The position numbers and the translations under genes were made by a program. DNA of 63,153 nucleotides, counting the filler, from Hyphochytrium catenoides (taxonomy: Eukaryota > Protista > Hyphochytriomycota): assembly GCA_900088475.1 (NCBI GenBank). It is 13 parts of 13 records of this genome, joined end to end, with 100 filler letters (N's around TTAATTAATTAA, not from the genome) between each part and the next. Parts side by side here need not be neighbours in the genome. Positions count along the whole stretch, not along the records: positions 1 to 4,451 come from FLMG01002350.1; positions 4,552 to 21,608 come from FLMG01000364.1; 11 more parts are not named here. One strand, 5' to 3'. This document shows, one piece after another, positions 1 to 11,618 of this stretch. The number at the start of each line of letters is the position of its first letter. The first letter of the stretch is position 1. Below the pieces are notes generated by a model. The model did not search any database. It was not told where the DNA came from and saw only the letters and a list, made by a program, of their open reading frames with translations.

Positions 1-271
1 GGATGGGCGACATACGGTTGGCCACACGAAGAACTATACCAAAGTCCTTGTACAGAGAGACGATACCCTGCAAGGCTGCTGGGCAGGTAAGCTCTTCCTA
101 TTTGAGAGCTAAACGCCCTTGAACATTGAGATATAATCAGAGAAAATAAGAGAGTGCATGACTGCTACGGGAGCGGAGGCGGGAGAAGAGAGACAGGATG
201 GCGCCAGAGAAGATGAAAGCAACGTGTATCCCCTCTATATAAGAGTGAGCTTTGGATGCTGCCAAGCAGGG

Positions 272-312
<41 letters not shown>

Positions 313-912
313 AGAGTCATTGCGCGGAGAGGTACACAGTGTGCCTGACCAACTTCTATGTTTAGAGGTGGAGATCCTAGCCTGCGCGAGGTTCCACGTG
401 ATGGGTAAAGTGCTCAACAGAAGTCAACCAATAAACCCACCGCAGATTGAGAGGAGGTGGGAACTAATCTGCTTTCGTACTTCCTCTCTTTCTTTCTCTT
501 TCTCTCTCTCTCTTTGTCTGTTCCTTTCCTCGTGCACGGGTGACTCGTATTTTCTCCGCGTCTCCCCTATCTGAGACTCTGTTCTTGCATGATTCTCCTT
601 TACTGAGTCTTTGACTTGCTTTTTAACGATAGCGTTAGGGTCCACCAGAAAGTAGCTGAAGAGCCGCACGGAGTGTCAGAAGCCAGCAATTGCTGCAGCT
701 CTGAGGGTTGTGGGTCTTGCGGACCGATAGCAGAAAGAGGGTTAGAGAGCGAATCTGCCGAAAGACAGAGCTGGACCGAGAAGTTCCACACTTTCACGAG
801 GCCGTTGATGGAGACACCAGCAGGGAGAGGGGCTATTGCTGCCAGTGTCGGGCTCTCGGTAGCTCTAACTATCACCGCTGCGAGCGTATTACTGAGGCGG
901 ATTAGGGCTTAG
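1..912 (+). CDS. CDKAL1: Threonylcarbamoyladenosine tRNA methylthiotransferase (CDKAL1/e-MtaB), 3' part: TRAM domain plus C-terminal membrane anchor
   Basis: Spliced reading (exons about 1-86, 366-457, 632-912, GT-AG): ...GHTKNYTKVLVQRDDTLQGCWAEVEILACARFHVMGKV... resembles the CDKAL1 TRAM domain. It ends in the hydrophobic helix AIAASVGLSVALTITAASVLL. The 5' part is outside the window. Confidence 0.8.
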
Positions 913-1182
913 GACTCTGTCTCTTGTCGCGTGATGGCACTATCTTTGCCCTTCTTGTGGAGTATCAACCGCGACTGGCTGCGTGACAGCTACCTGCCTG
1001 CTGTGGCATACCGTCCCTCTCTGTGTCGTCAACGTACGGTAGAATAGCTTCGTCTCATCATCCAGCTGAAGGGCAACGGGAAAAATGATGGCGCCTGCTC
1101 CCCCAGAACGAGAGAGGAGGGATAGGAGGGAAAGAGAGAAACTCCGGATCTCTGCTCGGTCCTCCGCGTGATCGTCCCGAGA

Positions 1183-4100
1183 TCAATCCCACCTGTCAAT
1201 AGTGATCTTGTCTCCTACTCTGATGATAGCAGATGACTCTTCCCCAGTCCATGAGAAGAAGACTCCAAAGAAGATATTAGCCTGTGTGCAGGGAGGATGG
1301 ACCACATTAGCCGTTGTGTTGCCAGCCGGATGAAAAGGAGAGAGAGGGGCGATAGCAGTAGATCTTAAGGATATGTAAATATAGAATGAACCACCTTCTT
1401 TCGCCTGTACCGCGAGAGCTCAAGAAGAGTCTCCCTTCCATAAGTGCCCGTTTCTGGGTCGATGTTCACCATTGAACATCTTGTGCAGAGACCGAGATAA
1501 GAGAGACGCACCTGCACAAGTGGAATGAAAGACAGAGGTCACAAATACGTAGATCAAGGCGCCTTGAGCAAGAGGGCCATGGCCAAATGAGAGCTTACAT
1601 TCTCTCCGATGCGGATCTCTCGCCAACAGTCTTCTGAGTAAGGCTCTGCGCCTCGCGCCAGTATGTTGGGTCGGAACCGGCGGTAACTGGGAGCAAGAGT
1701 GCCGGTTAGGAGGCAGCTTAACGGAGGAATGACCGAAAGATAAGACGACATTTAAGAAGACGGAAGGCAGGAAACTCCAAGGGATAGCTAAAGAGAGTAG
1801 TGAATCTTAGCCAGGCAGAGTCAATAGGCTAAGGCGGGTGCTACGGTTGCTCACCTGAAGTCATCCTCTGCCGGTTCTGTCCCGGTCTTTGTAGGAGTCA
1901 GAGTGGTTCGCTTGGTGAGCTCCTGCACGCTCTCTCTTGATACCAACAGAAGAGGACTTTCATTGGCGAAGCCTATCGGTATCTCTCCTGCTTTCCTTCT
2001 CAAGCATCTTGAAGCCAAATCCTGCCCCTGCTCCTCTCCGTTCGTTTCCCTCTCTTTATATCGCCGCTGGTCTTTAGAACATCCTTCTCTCTCGGTGTAG
2101 CTACGGACCAGAGTACAGGGGCGGCCTAAACAGAGTGAGAACCAATCGGAGACGTCCTTCCCGTATCGTTGGCTGGCACATTTCTCTCCACAAACTGTGA
2201 CCATTAACTCTCCCTCCTCTTGTCCTGCGGTGGTCTGATCGTCTTGCGCAGAACTATTTTCCTTCTCAACTCCGTTGCCTTGGGCACAGATGGCAAGTTC
2301 AAGGTCTGTCTCCATTCCCAGTTGGGGCGCGGAGACCCGGAGAATACGTCGCTCTAAATCTAGAGCAGGGATGATTAGGGAGAGAGAGGAGACATCCTTC
2401 TGTCTCAGCGCCTTCCCCGTTCCGTCCACGATTGCCCATTGCCTGTCATAGAGCAGACCGGACGCAGCGATGGGCCATTCGGTGACCTCAATACCTGTTC
2501 CATTGGCGCGGAGGGTTAGGGTACTTGTCTACCTCTTTCCCGCTCCACCTCGTGCATGCAATCCTCCTCAGCCTGGTGTTTCCCCCTGCTCTCTCCCTCT
2601 TTCTCTCCTTCTTAGTGTTCCCAACCTTTCATCTACCTGAACTTGCTTGCAATAGGGGCTACGTCTCACCTCGACACGACTTTATAGGGTAAAGTACCAG
2701 CTTGTCAACAGCTACCTGCTTGGCAACCTCTCCATAGCTGTCGCCCCCTTTACCGTTCCCAATGAAGGAGAACGTTGAAAGGCTGTTGAATAGGCCGTCT
2801 CCGACATGCTCCTTCTCCTGGAAGTTCTTCTCAATGAAATGTAGAAAGCGGTAGACATCCTCAAAAGAAGACGCGAAGCCGAGAGAGACTCTGACTGCAC
2901 CAGTAGGACGACCATCTATGAGATCGTGGTCATCCCAGCAGACGTGACCTAGGACACAAAGCAATGGTTGAGTTGGCATGGTGTACAGCGGGATAGAAAG
3001 TGCAAACCAAGGCTGGGGAGAGAAAGATGTAGGAAGGAAGACGTGGATTGGAGAGGACCAAGAGTGTGCTTCCTTATTCTCGTTGTGACTCCAAAGCCCA
3101 GGGGCCTACTGACTTACCAGCTTCAAGGTTTGCCATTAGGTCCTCGTCTGATAGCTTAAGATAGCTGCAGGAAGAGGAGGTTTCAGAATGGTTAGAGGTC
3201 TTACTTATATCCTCCGTAAGGCTAGAGCTTGATAGTTTGGTCCTTTTTGCCTTTCAAGTTGATGAGTTCTCTTGTTTATGGAAGCACCAACTGCGTGGGC
3301 TCTTCTTTCCTCGAAGTTGCATTCCCTTCTTCTACCTTTCCTTACTAAACGTCTCACCTCTGGCAAGCTCCAGGGTTGCAAAAGCAACCGGTTCTGAGAA
3401 GAATATTATTGAGCGAGGCCACTTTCTGCACCTCAGCATAGCCGACGTACTCTCCAGATGACCGGAGGATATTAAAAGCCAAGGTAGGGCCCTGTTCAGT
3501 ACCAGAGGAAGCAACCATTCAGTGACAACGCTAGTAAGTAAGCAGCAGATGGCTTTCTTGTCCTTGAAGGACGAACCGTAACAAGAGCCCAAACAAAAAG
3601 CGCAGAGGTGATAAAAACTGGAAAAAGAAGAGAGAAGAGGTGCTCACTGGCATTTTTTCAGCTTTCACCTTCAAGATTAGAAGTCAGCACACTGCGACAC
3701 AGGGGCAAGGCACCTAAGGCGGACTTGAGGCTGAGCACAGAGAGGCAGTACCTGCGCTTTGGCATCCTCCCGTTCCCAAGCTCCCCCATAAATCTCTACT
3801 ACTGGGCCCTGCTTTCCTGTTTTATGCCTCAACTCCCTTAGGTGTTTATGAAGATAGCGCGATAGAGAGTGCGTGTGCCTGTACCAAAACGAGTTGAAGA
3901 GGTAGGAAGCGTTGTGAAGCGTGAGACAGGACTCAGGGAGAAGGAATGAGTGAAGCATCGACAACAGGATGAAAAGCTGATACCGCAAATCCATGAGACA
4001 GGGAAGCAACGACTCCATAGCAGAAATACCGGGAGAGGGAGCAGACATAGCGCCAAGTATGGTGAATAGAGAAGAAGAGATAGAGGCAAAAGAACAGCTC

Positions 4101-4451
4101 AGGAGATGTTTGGATCTCTGACCTCTCTATCCTAGAGATCCCTAGCTCTCCAAAGAGCTTTAGTCCATGTTTTAGTGCTGCAACCCCCAAATAGTGCGTT
4201 GTCCCGTCTGAATAGCGCTCCGAAGGTTCAGAGCGATACCGCACGAAGGAAGACCCTACCATCGCCGCTTCGATGGTGCCTGAAGAGAGAAAACGAGAAA
4301 ATCGGGAGGTACCCTGAGCCATAGTCTCCCGTTAGACCTCAGCCGCCACCCGGATCGCAGGGAATTCACGGTGGTTCTAAGTATCCGCCCTGCTTTCACC
4401 TCCTAGCTATTGGTGCAAATAGCAGCTACGAGCTCACCTCCTCCGAAGTAA
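1183..4451 (-). CDS. MOCOS: Molybdenum cofactor sulfurase (PLP aminotransferase class V plus MOSC domains), multi-exon, 5' truncated at contig end
   Basis: Exon peptides [85 protein letters not shown] and [17 protein letters not shown] are ABA3/MOCOS hallmarks. The stop position is approximate. Confidence 0.9.
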
Positions 4452-4495
4452 NNNNNNNNNNNNNNNNNNNNNNNNNNNNNNNNNNNNNNNNNNNN

Positions 4496-4507
4496 TTAAT
4501 TAATTAA
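4496..4507. other. Artificial contig linker TTAATTAATTAA flanked by N runs (also at about 21653, 26260, 29362, 42676, 43873, 45500, 46824, 48887, 54904, 56836, 60210)
   Basis: The same 12-mer, with stops in all six frames, is always embedded between runs of about 45 N. Confidence 0.97.
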
Positions 4508-4904
4508 NNNNNNNNNNNNNNNNNNNNNNNNNNNNNNNNNNNNNNNNNNNNGAGAGAGAACGAAAGAGAGAGAGAGAGACAGAGAGACAGAGAGAGAGAG
4601 AGAGAGAGGCAGAGAAAGTGAGGAAGAGAGAGAGAGTGACGGAAGAAGAGAGAGAGAGAGAGAAAACGAGAAAGTGAGGAAGAGAGAGAAATGAGAGAGT
4701 GGGCAGGTAATAAGAAGAGAAAGAGATCAGTTCACCCAGAGAAGAGGTGGGTCATCTTCCTGAACAAGATTGGCCTCATGCTCCCACACCGCAGCTCGAT
4801 AGAACATCCAGTGAGTCACCCAAGAGAGAGAGAGGGCGTTACATCGCTGCTCCTAGGCTTCGGAGAGTGAGGATCCGAGACGGAGACTGCCCTACAGAGA
4901 AGCG

Positions 4905-5696
4905 ATGGCCTTCCTAGGGCCCAAGCAGCTGCTGCGGCTCTCCGTCGGCCGCTGGCCTCAGAGCTGCGCGGTGGCGACGCGCTGGCTGTCTTCTGCGCCT
5001 GAGAGGCCATCCATTGAGATTCCCAAGGGAAAGCTGGAGATAAACTTCTCGCGCTCGAGCGGCCCGGGAGGCCAGAACGTCAACAAGGTTAACACCAAGG
5101 TTGAGCTGCGCTTTAATGTAAGGCAATGGGGTACTCTCCTCCTCTCTCTCTTTTTCTCTCTCTCTGTCTCGCTCTGCATATCTCTCTCTTTTGGTCTTTA
5201 TCTCTCCCTTCTGCCATTCCTCTTGCCGGTCTCTCCTTGGTCTATATACTTTGCGCTCCCTTCCTCTCTCTCGATATTTCTCCCTCTCTTGGTCCCTATC
5301 TCTTCCTTCCAAAGCTCCTCTCACGGCCACTCGTCGCTTGACACTCTTGCGCTCTCCTTCTCTCGCTTGCTTTCTCCCTCTTTCTTCCTCTCAATCTCTC
5401 TTTTCTCTCTCTCTCTCTCTCTCNNNNNNNNNNNNNNNNNNNNNNNNNNNNNNNNNNNNNNNNNNNNNNNNNNNNNNNNNNNCTCTCTCTCACTCTCTCT
5501 CTCTCTTTCCTCTCTCTCTCTCTGTGTGTGTCTCTCTCTCTCGCTTGCTTTCTTTCTCTCTCTTCCTCTCTCTCCCTCTCTCTCTCTATATATATATATA
5601 TCCGTCTCTCTCTCTCAATACGCTATCTATCCCAGTCTTCTGGCCGGCTTCTTACGTCTGTCTTCCATTGTGATCAGCCCTAGAGCTTCACTCCTT

Positions 5697-5733
<37 letters not shown>

Positions 5734-6287
5734 GTTGGGCTCTCTCCTCACGTCTGTCCCTCTGGATCCTTCAGGTTAGGGAGGCAGATTGGCTGGAGGA
5801 GGAGGTAGCGGAGCGGCTGATAGAGCAGGAGCGGAACAGGATCAATAAAGCAGGAGAGCTGGTCCTTACGAGTGAAGCAGGTACAATGACTCTCTCTATT
5901 TCTCTCGCTGTTTGTCTCACGTTGCTTTACTTTCTCTCTCTGCCTCTCTCTCTCTCTCTATCCCTCCCTCTCTCTCCCACACACTTTCTCTCTCGTTTCT
6001 TGTCCCGATTGCCTCACCTTTACATCCTCTCTCTCCACCCTCTTCCGAAAAATCGCCCTATCTCGTCTCACAACTACTCTCTCCCTGGCGGACTAGGGCG
6101 CACACAGAAGATCAACTTACGCTTGGCCATGGATAAGCTGCAGGAGATGGTAGACAGAGCGGCGGAGGAGCCAAAGGAGCGCGCAATGTGGGTGGGACTC
6201 AGCCAGAAGACAAAGGACAGAAGAAAGCAGGAGAAGAAAGCGAGGAGTCAGGTCAAGCAGAGGAGATCCGGGAGATTTGATGACTGA
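4905..6287 (+). CDS. ICT1: Mitochondrial peptidyl-tRNA hydrolase ICT1/mL62 (ArfB-like GGQ release factor), 3 exons
   Basis: Transit-peptide-like N-terminus, SRSSGPGGQNVNKVNTKVELRFN, NRINKAGELVLTSE, RTQKINLRLAMDKL and a basic C-tail. Exons about 4905-5117, 5775-5880, 6097-6287 with GT-AG introns. Confidence 0.92.
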
Positions 6288-6792
6288 CTGAAGTCCCTCT
6301 CTCTCTCTCTCTCTCCCTTTCTCTCTCTCTCTCTCTGCTCCCCCTCAATAAACAGCTATTTATTCTATAACGTGGCTTCTCTCTCTCGCGCGCGCGCGCT
6401 CTCTTTTCTCGCATCTCTGACAGCCACCTCGAAGGCTTGCGTGTACTAGTAGCCAGGAGTAAGCTTCCTCTTGACAATAGGGTAGAAAGATCTGAGAGGA
6501 AGAGGAAAGAGAGAGAGGATGGAACCTGCGTGAGAAAAGTGCGCGGAGACGGTAGGGAAGAGTTCAGAGAACGGATTAGGGCTGAGAGTTGCCAACTATG
6601 TGGGCGAGAGAGGGACAGATCGGCTGGATGCCTCGGTAACGGGTAAGGATAGAGACCATCTGGTGCTGGGTGAAGAGATAGATATTGATTAGCAGAAGCA
6701 GCGCCATGCCATCTCTTTCTCTTCTTTACGTCTCTCTCTTTTGGAACAGTTTCTTCTCTGCGCTAATAAATAATTCCTTTTCAGACCCCACG

Positions 6793-7588
6793 CTACTTCT
6801 TCGGTGTGATCCTCTCCTGGCCCCACATGAAGGGCCTCAGAGCGCGAGGAATGATCACTGAGCCGTCTTCCTGCTGGTTCCCCTCCAGTAGAGCCACCAA
6901 AAGCCGGGGCACGGCCACTGCCGTCCCGTTCACTGTGTGAACAAAGTGCAGGCTCTTGTCTACCATTTCGTGTGCGTGACAGAAAGGGAGAGAAGGGTAG
7001 AGAGAGAGAGAGAGAGAAAACGTAACGTCAGACGAAGCCTCTGATGCTGAAAAACCACCTCGATCCCAGTACCATCTGACGCATACATTTATGCCTCTCT
7101 CGCGCCCGCGCAAGCAGCCGTGCTTTTCTCTTTGTCTCTCCCTGAGGTCACTGACTTCCCATCTCCCTTCTCTCTTTCCTGATTCTCGCTGGCTGTGGCC
7201 CCTGATTTTCCTCTTGCTTTTTTTCGGCAATCTGCTCCGTCCCGCTGTCTCTCTTCCTGCATTTTCTCTCTCTTTTCTGATTGAGGTCAATTCCCACCTT
7301 CCTTGGCCCTGTATCTTATGTTGAGCCTTCTGGCCTGGTAGTCCGTGCAGTTCGACGTGGAGCTGATCTCTCCGAAGCTTCCACGCGACGGAACCCACGC
7401 CAAAATATCATACTTTCGATACGCTGGAGCGCCCAGATCTCCTGTGGGCATCTCGCAGACCTGGTCGCAAAGGAAATAGTGGTGTTCCGTGTGAGAAAAA
7501 CACAGAGAGAGAGACAAAGAGAAAGGGAGAGCAAGAATGGATGGCAGGGAAAGAGTATAGGCATGTTTACAGGGCTGAAGGAAAATGT

Positions 7589-7626
<38 letters not shown>

Positions 7627-10450
7627 CCAGCTAATGAGCTAAGGCCTTACCTTGAAGTGCAAGTCCAGCTCCGAGTATATTTCTTCCTCAATAGCCAGCA
7701 TCTCCTGGTGGAGCTGCTCGCTCTGAGCTGGGGTGCAGAATGAGAACATCTCCACCTAGAAGACAGGAGATAGGAAGGTTAGCAAAGGACTCCGTGTTGT
7801 CCTCTCTCTCTCTCTTTCTCTCTTGCTCTTCTCTCCTGCGGATCCACAGCGCCGTCCTCTCTATTTCTCCTTTTGCTACCTCTCCCTCCCTCACACTCTC
7901 TCGTGTTGACTCTATACCTGCCCTTATCTCTTGTGCGCGCGCTGTGTGTCTCTCTCTCCGATTTTGAATGTTCTTTTATACCTTGGTAAACTGATGGAGT
8001 CTGTACAGTCCTTTCTCTCCTCTCCCTCTAGCACCTGCCTCCGTCCTGAAGCAGTGAGAGAGAGCTGCGAGACGAAGAGGAAGTTCGTCCTCCCGAAGGA
8101 TCTTTCCTGCTTTCATACCCGCCAGAGACAGTTCAGAGGTGCCCGCGAGGAAGAGGTCAGAGCCTTCGAGAGAGTAGAACTGAGTAGATTCTCCCCGCGG
8201 CTGGAACCCACAGCCTGCAAAGAGAAAAGACAGCAGAAATACGAGGGAGAAGGGTGAAAGTGAGAACACTGAGAAGTAGTATGGGGACTTCGTCTCTGTG
8301 ACCACGAGTCTCTTTCTAAGGCCCTGTCTTTGGCTAAATAAACCCAATGTCTTCCTTCTGAGTCCCTTGTCTTTCCTGTTTCCGCATGCTTCCCTTTTGT
8401 ATCCGTGCCACGTTCTCTCTCTTCTCTCTTCGTCTCTCTCTCTCTTTTTGTCTGTCTTGTCACTTTTTGGCACGTCTCTCAACCTATATTATTGCCTCTC
8501 TCGCCATGTTAGCACTTTCCCACCTTCGACGATGTAATGTCTGACCAAGTCAGGAGGAAGAACTATAGTCCAGCCCTTTTCTCTCAACTTCCCAATGGCG
8601 AAGAGAGAGAGAGCCAGCTCCAGCAGAGCCGCCTCATTCTTCAACACAGCGAACCGATGGCCAGCCACGTCAGCACCGCTCTCTAAGTCAATGAGGTCCA
8701 GCTGGATAGCAAAAAACGAAAGAGAATAATGGAGGAGAAAGAGCGAGAACGCATTAGGGCTTGGCGCATATCGTCCGATGAGAAGGAAGAAGAGAAGGGG
8801 CCAAGATAACTTCAAGAGTAAAACCGAGAAGATGAGAGGCCGAGAGAGAACAGAGACGAGGAACCTCACTCGCCGTGCCGGCTTGACAAAATAAAGGACT
8901 GAGATGAAATATTTCTGAGAGGGGCCGGCTTGTATACCTCCTTTCCCAGCTGTAAATGATCCTTAAGAGGGAACGTAAAGGCAGCTTTCTGGTTGATCTC
9001 TCTCAGCACCTTCGTGGCCTCCTCCTCCGTCCCCACGGGAACCTCTGGGTGCGTCCGATTGGGCACCTTCAGAGCCTCGACCTCCAGTTCCAGAGAGAGA
9101 CGAGCAGCTTCTTCCTCTGGAATGAGAGAGAAGAAAGTGGAGCCAAACAGGAATTGCAAGGACGAGGACGAGAGAGAAAGTAAGCGCTGGTGAGGTCAAG
9201 ATAGAGCCCAGAGAGAGAAAAGTAGGACGAGCATAGGAGAGAGAGAAGAGAATGAGTGGCTGATATAGGTCCTTACCTGCTTCCTTTTCTGCTTGCTTCA
9301 GTGCTTTACTTTCCTCCTTTAGGGCCTCGATCTCTTCCTTGGAGCTCCGGCCAATTGTGCTAGAAATCTGCGGCGGAGAAGCTTCAGAGAAAGGGAGAAA
9401 ATAACAGCGGCGAACAAAAGAGAGAAAGCAAGACCATTAGGCAGTAGACAGACCAAAACGCGAAGAGAAAGAATAAAGTAGAGAGAGATAAAGAGCCCAA
9501 AGATTGAGTGCGGCAAAGGTTGACGACCGGAAGGTGCGAATACCAGCTCTATGCGGATAGGAGGGCGAGAGAGAAACAGCGGGCAGAGAGAGAGAGAGAG
9601 GTCTGGTCTAGGCAGAGAACACGGGCGTACATGCGCGGAGAAAGGAAAGGACATCTGACGAAAGAGAGTGGGAGAGGAAGAAAGGACAAGAAAGTGACAG
9701 AAAGCAGGACTTTGCTGCATCTCTCTCCCACCTGGTTCCTCCTGTGCCTGAGGCCATCCAGCGTCCTCCTGGTGGCTGAGCACTGTTCATACAGCTCCAC
9801 CACGCGGTCGATGTCTGCCTCGGCTTGCCGGTCCCTAATGTTCTGTCGATGGTACTCCGCCTCCGCCCGCAGAGCCTTGTAGTCCCACCGCGCCTTCACG
9901 CTGGGAGCAGCTGGCAGAGGGAGACACACAGCGGAAGAGAGAGGGAGGATGTCAGGGAGTGACAGAGTACGCATGATCGGAAGGGAAAGAAGGAAGAGAA
10001 TGCTTGGATAAAGAGAGAAAGGAACATATTTAGCCCTCGCGTATACGACGTCTTTCCAAGGATGTGGGAAGGCCGAAAAAAAAAGGGCGGAAACGTTTCT
10101 CTTGCGCTTAGTTGGAACACGGGCCCCACCAGCTCCCGAGAGAGCTTCAGGCCGTGCTCTTGGCGGCGCGGGCGGAGCCGAGAGGGAAGGAAAGTGGGAG
10201 AACCATAGGAAGGAATAGCATTATCTGAGCGGCTGGACCTACTGTGTGAGCTGTGCCTCTGTTGTGAGCCGCACCGGGAGACAGGAAAGTCGCCGATAAG
10301 CTTTCTTGCTCGTCGGAGAAGTGAGAAGCTCATGTCTCCTCTTGGCACTCTGCCCAATGTACGTGAGTTCTTCTTTTCTGCCTCAGACTCCAGCGCCAGC
10401 GCCTGCTAGCGTCCTCATAGTTCGAAGCGGCACATTCTCGGCCGCTCGCA
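6793..10450 (-). CDS. SARS2: Organellar (mitochondrial-type) seryl-tRNA synthetase, multi-exon; start codon not resolved
   Basis: [42 protein letters not shown] (motif 2), [40 protein letters not shown] and [19 protein letters not shown] (motif 3). Confidence 0.93.
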
Positions 10451-10595
10451 ATGGCGTCTCCTGGCTAACGAGGAGAAAAGGTTCGATGCTCTTATTAGAA
10501 GCTGCGAGAGGATTGGAAAAGGACTAATGGCGTATCTTGGGGAAGGCAGTAGCAGGAATCATGTAAGACGAGAGTGAAAGGGAGAGCAGTAGAGG

Positions 10596-10642
<47 letters not shown>

Positions 10643-11618
10643 CGAGCGAGAGAGAGAGACAGAGAGAGCGAGAGAGAGAAAGAGAGAAAGAGAGAAAGAG
10701 AGAAAGAGAGAAAGAGAGAAAGAGAGAAAAAGAGAAGGAGAGAAAGAGAGAAAGAGAGAAAGAGAGAAAGAGAGAAAGAGAGAAAGAGAAAGAGAGAAAG
10801 AGAAAGAGAGAAAGAGAGGAGAGAGAGAGAGAGGAAGAGAGAAGAGCAAGAGAGAGACAGCTGTATTCAGTGGATAGCAGGCGCCATCACCCACGGATCA
10901 GAACGATGATCAAGGCAGCGGAACTAACCATAAAACTGTTTCTTTGATCTAATATTTAGTCTTTATTGGTTGATTACTGTAACCTTACAGTATTCGGTGT
11001 TTCATTCTTGACGTCTCACATAGATCTCATTCGGAATGGGGCACTCCTACTGTGCGAAGCGAGTTGTGTCTTTGGGATTCACAGCTTCTTTCTTTCTCCT
11101 CCTTCTGACGGATGATGGAGGAGAGAATCCATCCGAACCTTCCTCTTGACGCTTCTTGTGGCCTTTCTTCTCTCGCTTCGTTCTTCTGTCTTGGCCCTCT
11201 CTCTCTCTCTCTCTCTTTTTTTTTCTCTCTCTTTTTCTCTCTCTCTCGCTCTCTCTCTTTCTTTCTCTCTCTCTCTCCCGCTCGGGGCCATACCTCCGTT
11301 ATGACATCAACAAGCTCGGACAGCACGGGTACAATTGCCAATACGTCCCATGAGCTATTGAGCTTCGGACGTTTCTGTCTCTCTGTCTCGCTATTCTCGA
11401 GGTCTGCGTTCCTCCCTCATTTCTCTATTCTTCAACTGTCTTTCGTCGTCAGATACATCGCAGCTCCTGATGGCAGCTGCACCATGCGCCCACCCTGACT
11501 GACTGCACGATTCGTCCTGACTCGCCGGGAAGATATTGCCGCAGGCGAGCAGATCCATAAGAGAGCCTTCGGAGGGTGAGGCGGGAGGAAAGAGTGCACG
11601 AGGGGAACTATTGACCCG

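Noticed and set aside
4905-6287. Single 460-aa ICT1 ORF with hydrophobic insertions
   Set aside because: The insertions are GT-AG introns. TC-rich sequence lacks stops, intron 2 is 216 nt by chance, and intron 1 spans an N gap.
10559-11498. ORFs rich in SLSL/ERER (also at 26.9-27.6 kb, 31.2-31.6 kb, 44.4-45.5 kb and 57.0-58.0 kb)
   Set aside because: These are translations of (GA)n/(TC)n microsatellites, not proteins.
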